From the NCBI RefSeq assembly GCF_006345805.1, contig NC_043021.1:26412001-26476000 (forward strand): a stretch of DNA of 64,000 nucleotides. Reading direction: 5' to 3'. Position numbers and translations under genes: made by a program. Source of the stretch: Octopus sinensis (lineage: Eukaryota). Below the pieces are notes generated by a model. That model was not told the origin of the DNA. It saw only the letters and a list, made by a program, of their open reading frames with translations, and made no database searches. Below are positions 42,443 through 54,194 of the stretch, piece by piece. Within the stretch, counting starts at the first letter, position 1. Every line of letters begins with the position of its first letter.

Positions 42443-42872
42443 ATTATTATTATTATTATCATCATCATTATTATTATTCCGGTCACTGCTTGGAATCAAA
42501 CTCGGAATGTTAGGGTTTAGTAGCCCATGCTCTTAACCACTACGTCATATGCCCTAGGTATTGCCCAGGCTTCCAGCAATCATACCCAGGTTTGCAAAAT
42601 TTTATGTTACTATGATCTCATATATATATATGTACCATTTATTCTCCATTTGTGATTACATTTTCACTCCAATCCTTCAAATCTATTACATGAATACTTT
42701 CCACGAAAGACCTTATTAATTGATCGTTGTTGCGCAGTAGTTCCATATGGCCCTTTTGTGGGGTCCACATAAGAATCTGTTGTTAAAATTTATCTGCAAT
42801 AAAACTGGTTGTACCTAACCACACACGGAATATTTTAACATTTTTTTTTAATGCAATTCCTTATGATATTTA

Positions 42873-43190
42873 CAATGGATGAATAGGTGTCCTCACCTTG
42901 TTTGTTGTTACCACAACATTTCGGCTGGTGTACTCTCCAGCCTTCATCAGGTATCCTGGTGGAATTTTTAAGCCAACCCTTTATTTGACTAATGGGGTAC
43001 ACTGTTCCCATTCCTCAGATATTATTTTCTGCTGATGTTATTATCTTAGGAATGGGAACAGTGTACCCCATTAGTCAAATAAAGGGTTGGGTTCAAAATT
43101 CCACCAGGACACCTGATGAAGGGTGGAGAGTACACCAGCTGAAATGTTGTGGTAACAACAAACAGGGTGAGGGCAAATATCTGTCCATTG
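42873..43190. repeat. Inverted repeat, ~143 bp arms, each arm with a hammerhead motif
   Basis: Arms 42873-43015 and 43048-43190; motifs at 42911-42954 (-) and 43109-43152 (+). Confidence 0.9.
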
Positions 43191-43860
43191 TGATTAATAT
43201 ACATAAGTCCTCATCTCAATACAATAGGTTTTTTTAAACAGCAAATGGCTATGGGGTCCACTCAGGTCAATTAGAAGCAAAAGGGGTCCATAGGGGAAAT
43301 AAAAATGATTGAGAAACACTGCTGTAGTGTATAAGTGACACATCAGTTTGTTAAAGAGGAATCTGTGAATAAATATCACAAATACCATCTTTTCTTCAAC
43401 TTGCACTTTGTTTCCGGTTTCTTAGAATTCTGGGTAACATCCATTAAGTTTCTTCAGCCTTTCTGCATTCCATTGTTTTCCGCTGTTTTCTACCAAATAA
43501 ATTTAATCTCAATCAACCAGGAACACGTAGGCACCATTCACATGATCTGTGAACTGGGATAAATACGATCAATGGTGCCACTCATCTTTCGGAAGTCGTT
43601 TCTGCTGATCTTCTCTACTCATTCTTCAATCATTTATATCATCGTCATCATCGTCACCATCATCAGCAGCAGCAGCGGTGTCATTGTTGGGGTCATTTCA
43701 GCATCTACTTACCCAGGCTTGCATCAATCTGATGGAGCTTAATGAGGCAGTTTTTCTGCAGCTGGATGCCTCTCCTTTTACTAACATTCACCCGTTTGCA
43801 TTGAGATACAAGCATACACACACACACACATATATATGTGTATATGTGTATATATGTATA

Positions 43861-43914
<54 letters not shown>

Positions 43915-44599
43915 TTATTAATATTATTTACAATCGACGGATGTTTGTCCTCCTCTTGTTTGTTCTGTACAAATATCCGTCAATTGTAAATAATGTACAT
44001 ACTTCCTCATCTCTTAAATATAGAATTGCATGTATGTATGGCAGTGATTTTACTTGGCTTGACACGTCTCCTCGAGTACAGCAAACCACCACAGCTCCCG
44101 GTCCCTTCTCATTTCCTCAGTGAGGTCCAGTGCCTGAAGAGTCTGTCTCATCCCATGTCTTCCTATACATAAAACGTCTGTGCACAACAAGCTTCTACTC
44201 AGTTTCTGTGTACCAGACTCACTCACGAGGCATTGGTAATCCTGGGGTTATTGTACGAAACAGTTGTGCAAGGTGCTACATGGTGGGATTGAACCTGAAA
44301 CCATGGGGTTGTGAAGCAGCCTTCTTAACCAAGTCAGCCATGCTTGCAGAATCATATTGCTTGAATCATGGTAAACCATATTACTGTGTATATTGTATTT
44401 TATTGGTGAGTCTCTTTCTCTCTCTCTCTCTCTCTCTCTCCTTTTCTCTCTCCTTCTCTCATGCCCTTTCCCTCTTTCTCCCCTCTCTCCTTCTCCCTCC
44501 CCTCTCACCCTGTGAAACAATCTAAAAAAAAAAATAATAATGAAACTATTGTATACAGTGCCCAGGTGCACCACAACTTGTCAGAAAGTGTGTATAAGG

Positions 44600-44895
44600 C
44601 AAATGTAGTAATGTACAAATGTCTGAAAAGTGAACAGTGTATGAGTCAGATACATGCTTGCGTGTGTGTATGGAAGGGGGAAAATCAGGTGTAGTGTTGG
44701 TGAATCTCAGGAAGCATGGAAGTTTTGAAGGATGCAGTGCTCCGACAACTAACAACTGATGCCGGCAGTTTGTTCCATGCTTCAGCAACTCTTAGCGTGA
44801 AAAAATGTTTCCGAAAGTCATGAGAGCTCTGCTGTTTTCTAACTTTGTAAACATATCCATGGGTGTTAGACGGGTGGAGTTTGAAAAGGTGTGCT
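44600..44895 (-). pseudogene. CR1 LINE 3' end
   Basis: Minus strand reads SNTHGYVYKVRKQQSSHDFRKHFFTLRVAEAWNKLPASVVSCRSTASFK. Confidence 0.85.
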
Positions 44896-45801
44896 AGAAT
44901 CCCTTTTCTTTCTTTCTTCTTTTATTAATACTACGAAGACCTCGAGGACAACCACGACCTTGTTATTGTCAATGTTGTTGGTGCTCGTATCGTGATATTA
45001 TTTGTATGTTTATGTGTACGTCCCTCACAAACTGATCATTTGATTGGCTGAAAGAAATGTATATCATATACCCAGAGCATTACGAAAACCCATTGTAAAT
45101 TAATTGTACTCCACCCAACACACATTCTTCCTGAAAAATATTCAACATTATAATAATTATAAATAATGATCTTGTATAATGGACTTTGAATATAAAATCA
45201 GCAACTTAAAGCTGATGTAAGGTGCAGAAACAAATGTTGCAATCTACTTTTAAAGAATGCTACATTGAGTAACAGAATTTCTTTTTCTTTCTTTTTTTTT
45301 TAGTTTGTCTTTGGTCAGGAAGTGTTATTTCCTATTTGCTTTTAACTCAAAATCAAAAGAAATGACTGCTATTCCCTTCAAACTTTACTTTTCTGACCTG
45401 GACATCAATGTTTTGAAACTGACCTATATTTCCCATTACATTTCAGACAGATTCAGCATCTTAGTTGCTGAAGCAGAAATATCATTATAGCCAATATTTT
45501 TCGTGCTGGAGTGAAGTGAGCTGGGGTGGGCAGGGATTTGTCTGCAGAGTCTGTGGACATGTTTATCAAGAGCCAGGCAAATTAGTTACCAGTGAAGTCA
45601 CAAATGTAAAGTAGAATTTTGTCTGAATGCACAATGTCCTTAATGGTCAGCCATGGTCTTCATTGGTCCTGAGTGGACAGCTATCATCATCATCATCATC
45701 CCCCCCTTCTCTCTATCTATCTATATATATAGTTCAAATTTAACGAAAAACGAAAGGCAAAGACTGTGTATTAGTTTAACGCTTGGGAAAGATGGAAAAG
45801 T

Positions 45802-45837
45802 CTTTTACATTTTGAGCCTAAGCTCTTCAACAGAAAG
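45802..45837 (-). ncRNA. Decayed hammerhead-like motif, same family as 34860
   Basis: cttt-CTGTTGA-a-gagc(ttag)gctc-AAA-ATGT-A-aaag; G12 is lost. Confidence 0.45.
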
Positions 45838-46814
45838 GATTAAGAGGAAAAAACAGAGAGAGAATCACACACACACACCTGAACCACAAAGTGTGTGGCC
45901 TTGTGGTTCAGGTGTTGCACTCACACTCCTTAGACCGTGGGTTGGATTCTTGAACAGGGCAGCATGTTGCTTTTGAGCAAGACACTTCATTCCACGTTGC
46001 TCTGTTAGTGAAGGAGTAACAGAATCATTGATTGGAACATCAACAGAAAAGCTTCATCGTATATCTTCCAGTTCTCCACATTCTGAGTTCAAATCTCACC
46101 TGCCTGGAGAAGGCAATGGGAAACCACCCCAGTTTTCCAGGGTGAGAACGCTACGCATTTTCACCATTTGTCTTCAGTGAGAAATTGTCTGCAAACCAGA
46201 ACACAGCCAATGACTTGTTTACAGGTTTGAAAGTGCTTTTAGCATATTCAAACTGGTAATGACAGCAGCATTTGCACTCCTGTATTCATTCTGAGTCTAG
46301 TCATGGAGGCCCATAATCCTGATAGCTCACTTAACCGTGGCAGAGGAGGGTAGAGGTCCTCCTAGGCCCCATGGAAAGTGCTGGTGAAGGTTGACATGCA
46401 CAGGTTCTGCCCAAGGACAGATAACCTCTACACTAGATACAAACACAAACAGCACACGTATTTTTTAGTTTCACTCTCCCAAATACATTCACAAAATCTG
46501 GCCCACCTGGAGCTTTAGTGAAAGACTCTTGCCCAAGATGTCCCCTAGTAAGACTGTGAACTGACGTAGTTGGGAAGTAAGCTTTACTGTAAATCTTGAA
46601 ATTCAGATTGTTTTTTGCAAGACTCATCAGCCAGCATCTTCAACTGGCCTCACAAATTTCTCCCGTATTTTTTTATTAGAAAATTTATGGAAACGGAGCA
46701 GTAAATACCACGCAACATGGCAGCCATGATAGTTTTTCACTGCTGAACAGGAAAAGGAGACAAACAAAAACCATTAATTTGAGATAAAAGCTGCTTATGG
46801 AAAACATTGAAGAG

Positions 46815-47140
46815 GTTAGAGCATCAGGCTCACAATCATGAGGTTGTGAGTTCGATTCCCAGACCAGGCTGTGTGTTGTGTTCTTGAGCAAGACACTTTA
46901 TTTCACGTTTCTCCAGTTCACTCAGAACTGTGGAAATGAGTTGCAATGTGACTGGTGCCAAGCTGCATCGGCCCCTTTTGCCTTTCCTTTGGATATCATT
47001 AGTGGTGTGGAGAGGGGAGAGGCTGGTATGCATGGGTGACTGCTGGTCTTTATTAACAACAACCTTGCCCAGACTTGTGCCTCAGAGGGGGACTTTCTAG
47101 GTGCAATCCCATGGTTGTCACATGACTGAAGGGGGTCTTT
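46815..47140 (+). mobile_element. tRNA-derived SINE, same family as 49703-50045
   Basis: B box gagttcgattcc; body colinear with 49703-50045. Confidence 0.85.
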
Positions 47141-47470
47141 TAACGTATATAAGCAATGATAAAACTTTTAGGTAATTAAGTGCTACCATAACAGAAAATA
47201 ACATAATGATTGATGCCCCAACTTTGAAAATGAAGATATTGATTAAGATGGATTGAATAAAATGAGTTTAAAGTCAACAAAAGTCAAGGGACAACATTTA
47301 CTGGGAAATGCACTCAATGCAAAATCAGAGTGTAAATGTTTTATCAGAAAAGAGAAAATATACAGAAAATGTGATTGCTTTGTTTAACTGGCAACAGCTT
47401 GTGAGACAAGGTGTTGCCAAAAACTCTCTAAAGTTATGATTCATTTTCTCTAATGATAATTAAAACTGTA

Positions 47471-47502
<32 letters not shown>

Positions 47503-47746
47503 CCACCTGGTGTAAAACATTACATCATGCTGGTAAGAATCATTCAATGATTGTCTGGATACCAGATAAAAATCCATATTTTGATTGATTCATTCGTTTA
47601 AAAGGTACATTAAGGAATATATAAATATATAGATTTAAAATGCATGTCAGCATGGTGGAAAAGGGACGTTGAATGATGACGATAAGAATGATGATGACGA
47701 CGCGATACATATATGTGTATATATATATGTATATATAATATGTATA

Positions 47747-47792
<46 letters not shown>

Positions 47793-47890
47793 ATATATAT
47801 TATATATATAACCCATGCTAGCATGGAAAACGGACGCTAAATGATGATGATGATGATGATGATGATGATATATATATATGTATATGTATA

Positions 47891-47934
<44 letters not shown>

Positions 47935-47935
47935 T

Positions 47936-47967
<32 letters not shown>

Positions 47968-48008
47968 GTATATATATATATGTATATATATATATATGTA
48001 TATGTATA

Positions 48009-48057
<49 letters not shown>

Positions 48058-48137
48058 GTATAAATATATATATGTATATACATACAGCATATATATATAT
48101 ATATATATATATACATACAGCATATATATTATTATAT

Positions 48138-48172
<35 letters not shown>

Positions 48173-48356
48173 TATATTATGGTTTGGCCAGAGCTGGTAA
48201 GCTGGAAGGCTGCCCCAGGTTCCAGTCTGGTTTGGCATGGTTTCTATGGCTGGATGCCCTTCCTAATGTCAACCACTTTACAAAGTATCCTGGGTGCTTT
48301 TACTTAGCACCAGCATAAGTGCTTTCCACATGGTGCCAGCACAGGGCTCTTGCAGT

Positions 48357-48627
48357 CAGGGCTGAATTAAGACCCATCAAGGCCCTAAGCACTTAATAGA
48401 TTTTGATGTCCCCCTAAAAGATTATGTAATTCAAAATATAAACAATAACAAACCATAAAATAAATTTTATTCTTCAAAACGAAACAAAAGAGTAAGAGGG
48501 ATAATGATGTTTATTTTTGTCTAATTTCAATTTTATTTAGATTTGAAAAGTTTCCTCCGACTTTTTTGAATTGCAAAGTCTTTGATCAGATCCTCGAAAT
48601 TAATCTGAGCCAACACATCTGCCAACA
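48357..48627 (-). mobile_element. Right end of a second hAT transposon
   Basis: Minus strand reads VLAQINFEDLIKDFAIQKSRRKLF (hAT C-terminus); terminus cagggctgaattaag. Confidence 0.75.
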
Positions 48628-48647
48628 CATACATATACATATATATA

Positions 48648-48849
48648 TGCAGCACAGACTTTGTCAGTGAACAGGTCGCGGATTTTAGCGACGAAAATAT
48701 TTTGACAAATTAAACTTAAATGTTGAAGTGAATCGAACGGCTTTTGTGTGTTTCTTAAATGGCTTACAAACACCTTCCACGCTGCAATTGTTTTCGTTTC
48801 AGCACACGATCTCAGATCAAATTACTTGCTATGCGAGTACATCTCCGTA
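48648..48849. mobile_element. Probable Tc1/mariner terminal fragment
   Basis: Ends ...acttgctatgcgagtacatctccg|TA next to a TA repeat. Confidence 0.45.
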
Positions 48850-49052
48850 AATATATATATATATATATACATATAAATAAATATACAAATATACATACAT
48901 ATATATACATAAGCAAATCATACATACATGTGTGTGTGTGTGTGTGTGTGTATTTTTGGATATTTGTTTATTATCCATTTGTATATATTAGATAATATGT
49001 GCAGCATGTTTAGTATATCAATATTATTATTATACTTTTCAAGTTAATTATA

Positions 49053-49183
49053 TCCTCTGACGAGGCCTATGGTTCTTTAACATATAAGTATAATTTTTAA
49101 TGCCTACAACCCTAATATACTGACATCTATAGGCAATGAAAATTAGATTGACTTTTGACCATAGGCTGAAACAGCTGTAAGGA
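49053..49183 (+). ncRNA. Type-I hammerhead motif with long stem II and large loop
   Basis: tcct-CTGACGA-ggcctatggt(84 nt)accataggct-GAA-ACAGCTGT-A-agga. Confidence 0.8.
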
Positions 49184-49404
49184 GCAGTTAATGAATTTCA
49201 ATAATTTATAAAATATCTTTTGAAATATGTATTATTATTATTATTATTATTATCATTATTATTATTATATTACCTATTGATTTATATAATGTTTTGTTTG
49301 CTTTTCATGCTCTCATTTGTAAAATGAATAAATAATGTAAAATTGTAATATCCATAAGTTGATGAGATGAGCTGAATTTGTTTCTCCATTTTCTTATTTG
49401 TATT

Positions 49405-49474
<70 letters not shown>

Positions 49475-49565
49475 ATCCAAACCATAAAACACAAAAAAAC
49501 ACAGCAACGCGAGGACGTGGAACAAATAAAGTATTATTGGACGCTCAGGAAAGAAGGGAAGGAGG

Positions 49566-49600
49566 GTTTAACGTTTCGAGCGGAGCTCTTCGTCGGAAAC
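49566..49600 (-). ncRNA. Minimal hammerhead-like motif, U4C core variant
   Basis: gttt-CCGACGA-a-gagc(tcc)gctc-GAA-ACGT-T-aaac, in an insert at ~49470-49678. Confidence 0.6.
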
Positions 49601-49702
49601 AAAGGAGAAGGAAAGATCCCAAGGAGGGAAGATAGAGGAAAAAACATTGCTGGTGGTGCTCACGAGGTCACATGTCTATAAAGTGGTTACTTTATGTGCT
49701 CT

Positions 49703-50045
49703 GAAGGTGCATGGCTCAGTGGTTAGAGCGTCGAGCTTACGATCGTGAGGTTGTGAGCTCGAATTCCTGACCGGGCTGCGTGTTGTGTTCTCGAGCAAGG
49801 CACTTTATTTCACGTTGCTCCAGTTCACTCAGCTGTAGAAATGAGTTGCGACGTCACTGGTGCCAAGCTGTATCGACCTTTGCCTTTCCCTTGGATAACA
49901 CTGGTGGCGTGGAGAGGGGGGGCTGGTATGCATGGGCGACTGCTGGTCTTCCATAAACAACCTTGCCCGGACTTGTGTCTAGGAGGGTAACCTTCTAGGT
50001 GCAATCCCATGGTCATTCATGACCGAAGGGGGTCTTTACCCTTTA
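49703..50045 (+). mobile_element. Young tRNA-derived SINE with apparent target-site duplication
   Basis: A box TGGCTCAGTGG; CpGs retained; actttatgtgctctgaag occurs at both ends (near 49689 and 50045). Confidence 0.88.
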
Positions 50046-50344
50046 CTTTATGTGCTCTGAAGTAATTTTGTTTTCTAATGTTGACACGTGTTTGCCTGAT
50101 GAACTTAATAATATCCAGAATTCGTAGGACACTTGAAGACATCTGCAAAGACACATGTTTTATACATATAGCAACACATGTAAATGCATTCAACATGCCA
50201 ATAATTATTTGCTTCCTCTTCTCTCTTACTCTCTCTCTCTCTCTATATATATATACACATCTGTTCACAACCAGGAACAGATGTGAACAGCCCAGCTAAG
50301 GGATAAAACCAGAGTAGATTGTCAAGTTTTATGATACATACTCT

Positions 50345-50645
<301 letters not shown>

Positions 50646-50664
50646 TTATGTGTGTGTGTATATA

Positions 50665-51938
50665 TCATCATCATCATCATCATCATCATTTAACGTCCGC
50701 TTTCCATGCTAGCATGGGTTGGACGGTTCAACTGGGGTCTGGGGAGCCCGAAAGCTGCACCAGTCCAGTCAGATCTGGCAGTGTTTCTACAGCTGGATGC
50801 CCTTCCTAACGCCAACCACTCCGAGAGTGTAGTGGGTGATTTTATGTGCCACCGACACAGGTGCCAGACGAGGCTGGCGACGGCCACGCTCGGATGGTGT
50901 TTTTATGTGCCACCGACACAGGTGCCAGATGAGGCTGGCAAACGGCCACGATCGGATGGTGCTTGTTACGTGCCCACAGCACGGAGGCCAGTCGATGCGG
51001 TACTGGCTACGGCCACGTTCGGATGGTTTTCTTGTGTGCCACGTGCCACCGGCACTGGTACCACAAGATACAAATTCCATTGATGTTCATCTATTTTGAT
51101 TTGTTTTGATTTTCACTTGCCTCAACAGGTCTTCACAAGTGTCACAAGAAGGAAGGTATGCACAGGTGGACTGACTACGTCCCAGGTAGGGGCCATGGTT
51201 TATGGCCTGACTAGTCTTGCCGGGTCTTCGGATGGTGTTTTTTAGTGCCACCAACACAGGTGCTAGATGAGGCTGGCGAATGGCCACGATCGGATGGTGT
51301 TTGTCATGTGCCCACCGCACTGACTACAGCACTGATGGATTTCTTGTGTGCCACAGGCACTGGTACCACAAGATACAATTCCATTGATGTTCATCTATTT
51401 TGTCTATTTTGATTGATTTGATTTGATTTTCACTTGCCTCAACCGGTCTTCACAAGTGTCACAAGAAGGAAGGTATGCACAGGTGGACTGACTAGTCTTG
51501 CCGGGTCTTCGGAGGTGTTTTATGTGCCACCGACACAGGTGCCAGATGAGGCTGGCGAACGGCCATGATCGGATGGTATTTGTTACGTGCCCACAGCACG
51601 GAGGCCGGTCGATGTGGAACTGGCTACGGCCACGTTCAGATGGTTCTCTTGTGTGCCACGGCACTGGTACCACAAAGTGTGTGCCACCGGCACTGGTACC
51701 ACAAAGATACAGATTCCATTGATGTTCATCTATTTTGATTGTTTTGATTTGATTTGATTTTCACTTGCTCAACAGGTCTTCACAAGTGTCACAAGAAGGA
51801 AGGAATGCACAGGTGGACTGACTACGTCCCAGGTAGGGGCCATGGTTTATGGCCTGACTAGTCTTGCCGGTCTTCGGATGGTGTTTTTATGTGCCACCGA
51901 CACAGGTGCTAGATGAGGCTGGCGAACGGCCACGACCG
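50665..51938 (-). mobile_element. RTE 3' UTR copy with internally amplified ~55-60 bp units and ~300-360 bp blocks
   Basis: (TCA)n tail followed by repeated tttatgtgccaccgacacaggtgccagatgaggctggcgaacggccacg. The cttcacaagtgtcacaagaagg block occurs three times. Confidence 0.85.
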
Positions 51939-52303
51939 GTATATATATATATATGTATGTATTTATATGTATATATATATATAGGTGCAGGAGTCGCTGT
52001 GTGGTAAGTAGCTTCCTTACCAACCACATGGTTCTGGGTTCAGTCCCACTGCATGGCACCTTGTGAGTGGATTTGATAGATGGAAACTGAAAGAAGCTTG
52101 TCGTATATATGTATATGTATATATATGAATATATGTATGTATGTATATATGTATATATATCACGTGATCACGTACCAACCAAGCTATCAGATGTTGCTAC
52201 ACATCGCTGGTCACAATGCGCTTTGCATTGTTTTTGCCCTCAAATGACACCCCACTGGCTAAGCGAGCAGGCTGTATGTATGTGTGTATATATATATATA
52301 CAC

Positions 52304-52367
<64 letters not shown>

Positions 52368-52837
52368 TATATATACAGATAAGAAAATTGGTTGTGAAGC
52401 ACGTGTTGAATATATAGAAAATAGTAAAAAGTGAAAAAACTACAGAAGGCTTAAAGGTTAAAAAATATATATATATTTGCGTCAATATGTCTGAAGAATA
52501 TTAAAAATTTTTTTTTTTTCTTACAATGACATAATTTAGAAGAAAGACTGGTTTCGCGTTTAGCTTTTCAAATTTCTTACGACGTTATATATATATATTA
52601 TATATATATATATATATAAATTGACAGAATGAGATAAAATAACCAAGGTAGTAAATAGATTTTGTAATCAATTTATATCTATGCTTGCTAATACAGGAGC
52701 CACGTTGGACTCCTCACTCGTATCATTATCGAGCCTGGAGATTAATCATAGTCTATAGCACATACTTAGCATCTACCCAATACATTTTGGGTCTTCCTGA
52801 CACCAATACCTTTCATACCCTTGATATATATATATAT

Positions 52838-53075
52838 ATGCGCAGGAGTGGCTGTGTTGTAAGTAGCTTGCTTACCAACCACGAGTTCATTCCCACTGCG
52901 TGGCACCTTGGGCAAGTGTCTTCTACTATAGCCTCAGGCTGATCAAAACCTTGAGTGGATTTGGTAAACGGAAACTGAAAGAAGCCCGTCATATATGTAT
53001 GTATTTGAGTGTCTGTGTTTGTCCCCCCCACCACCACCATCTGCATCTCTTGACAACCGATGTTGATATGTTTAC
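52838..53075 (+). mobile_element. SINE family A (3'-truncated)
   Basis: gcgcaggagtggctgtgttgtaagtagcttgc head. Confidence 0.85.
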
Positions 53076-54157
53076 GGTGGAATCAGCAGGAACGTTCTTT
53101 GAATTATTAATATATGCAGCGGATCGTGCTAAGGCAGGGACACATTGAGCAATTACCCAGAGTTGCAGGACCCCAGTTTTGATCCACGTGTTCTGTGACT
53201 TGCTGTTAATAAATACTTTAGGGTGCAGCGCTTTGGCTTGCCAGGAGGCCTATGATGCAGTCGAAACGTTTCTATACAGACGTCATTGTGTGACATAGTT
53301 GACATTTACCTCCTCAACAAATCTTCCGCTGGCTTTGCGCCTTCAAAGATGAATATGGGATCTCTTGCGGCTGTTGGAGACTGATTAGTAACAACCTCAA
53401 CTCATCTGTGCTTGTATAAAACATGGATGTAAAAAGAAACGAAACGAAACGACTATTCATTAAAATGAACTAATACTTTTACTGAAAGACTTTGGACGGA
53501 AATATTTTATTTCAAAGATGTCAATGAAAGAAATTCCTTTAAAGTCGTGGCAACAATTTGGTGAAAGAGAAAGACTGCTTAGTCGCATAAATTGAGAAAC
53601 AAGGTGTAGCTTCTAAAGTCTGGAGCAGTTCTCTCTGAAAATGTGGCCTGAAGCATCTCGTTAAAGATGATAGTTTCGCTGAAGGTAAATTAAATATATA
53701 ATTGATCTAATTTCCAGCAGCACTGGAAAACAGTGACCTTCTTTCTGAGTTGAATATTTATTCATTTATATTTGTAACAATGGATTCAACGAATAAAAAG
53801 GCTAGACAAATTCAGATTCAAATATTTTAGCGAAGATTTAATCTCTTCGATTCATTTTAAATAAATTAACTGACATTGGACGATGAATTGGACTGAATCG
53901 TTAGTGCGGCGGACAAATTGCTTAACGACAGTTCTTCCTACTCTTTACAATCTAAGTTCAAATTCCGTCGAGATCAACTTTGCCTCTGCTCCTTTCTAAA
54001 TCGATAAAATGTGCACGAATTGAGAATCGAAGCAATCAACTGGCCCCACTCCCCTGAATTTCAGGCTTTATTCCTATGGCAGAAAGGAATCATTTTCCAT
54101 CATTTTAATATATTTTTTGTATAACTTATTCCATTTTTCGTTTTTGGATTTGGTCGA

Positions 54158-54194
54158 CTATTGAAAAGGTTGCAAGACGCAACGAAAATTTTAG
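54158..54194 (+). ncRNA. Minimal hammerhead-like motif with U3-A8 core
   Basis: cta-TTGAAAA-g-gttgc(aagac)gcaac-GAA-AATT-T-tag. Downstream sequence matches the arm of the 61855-62040 hairpin. Confidence 0.55.

Larger units (their letters stand above)
41722..42554 (-). mobile_element. tRNA-headed, hammerhead-containing SINE-like element interrupted by a LINE
   Basis: Head 42479-42554 (A box TGACGTAGTGG, B box GAGTTTGATTCC), (AAT)n linker, body 41722-41902 with a hammerhead motif. Confidence 0.7.

Noticed and set aside
42479-42554. Functional tRNA gene (also other SINE heads)
   Set aside because: A and B boxes are present, but there is no complete cloverleaf and the sequence continues into repeat bodies.
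50835-51938. CRISPR-like array
   Set aside because: The units are tandem degenerate repeats without unique spacers, in a eukaryotic LINE UTR with no cas genes.
53310-53690. Exon-like unique sequence with donor-like sites at 53310 (-) and 53685 (+)
   Set aside because: All frames examined contain stops and no homology is recognisable.
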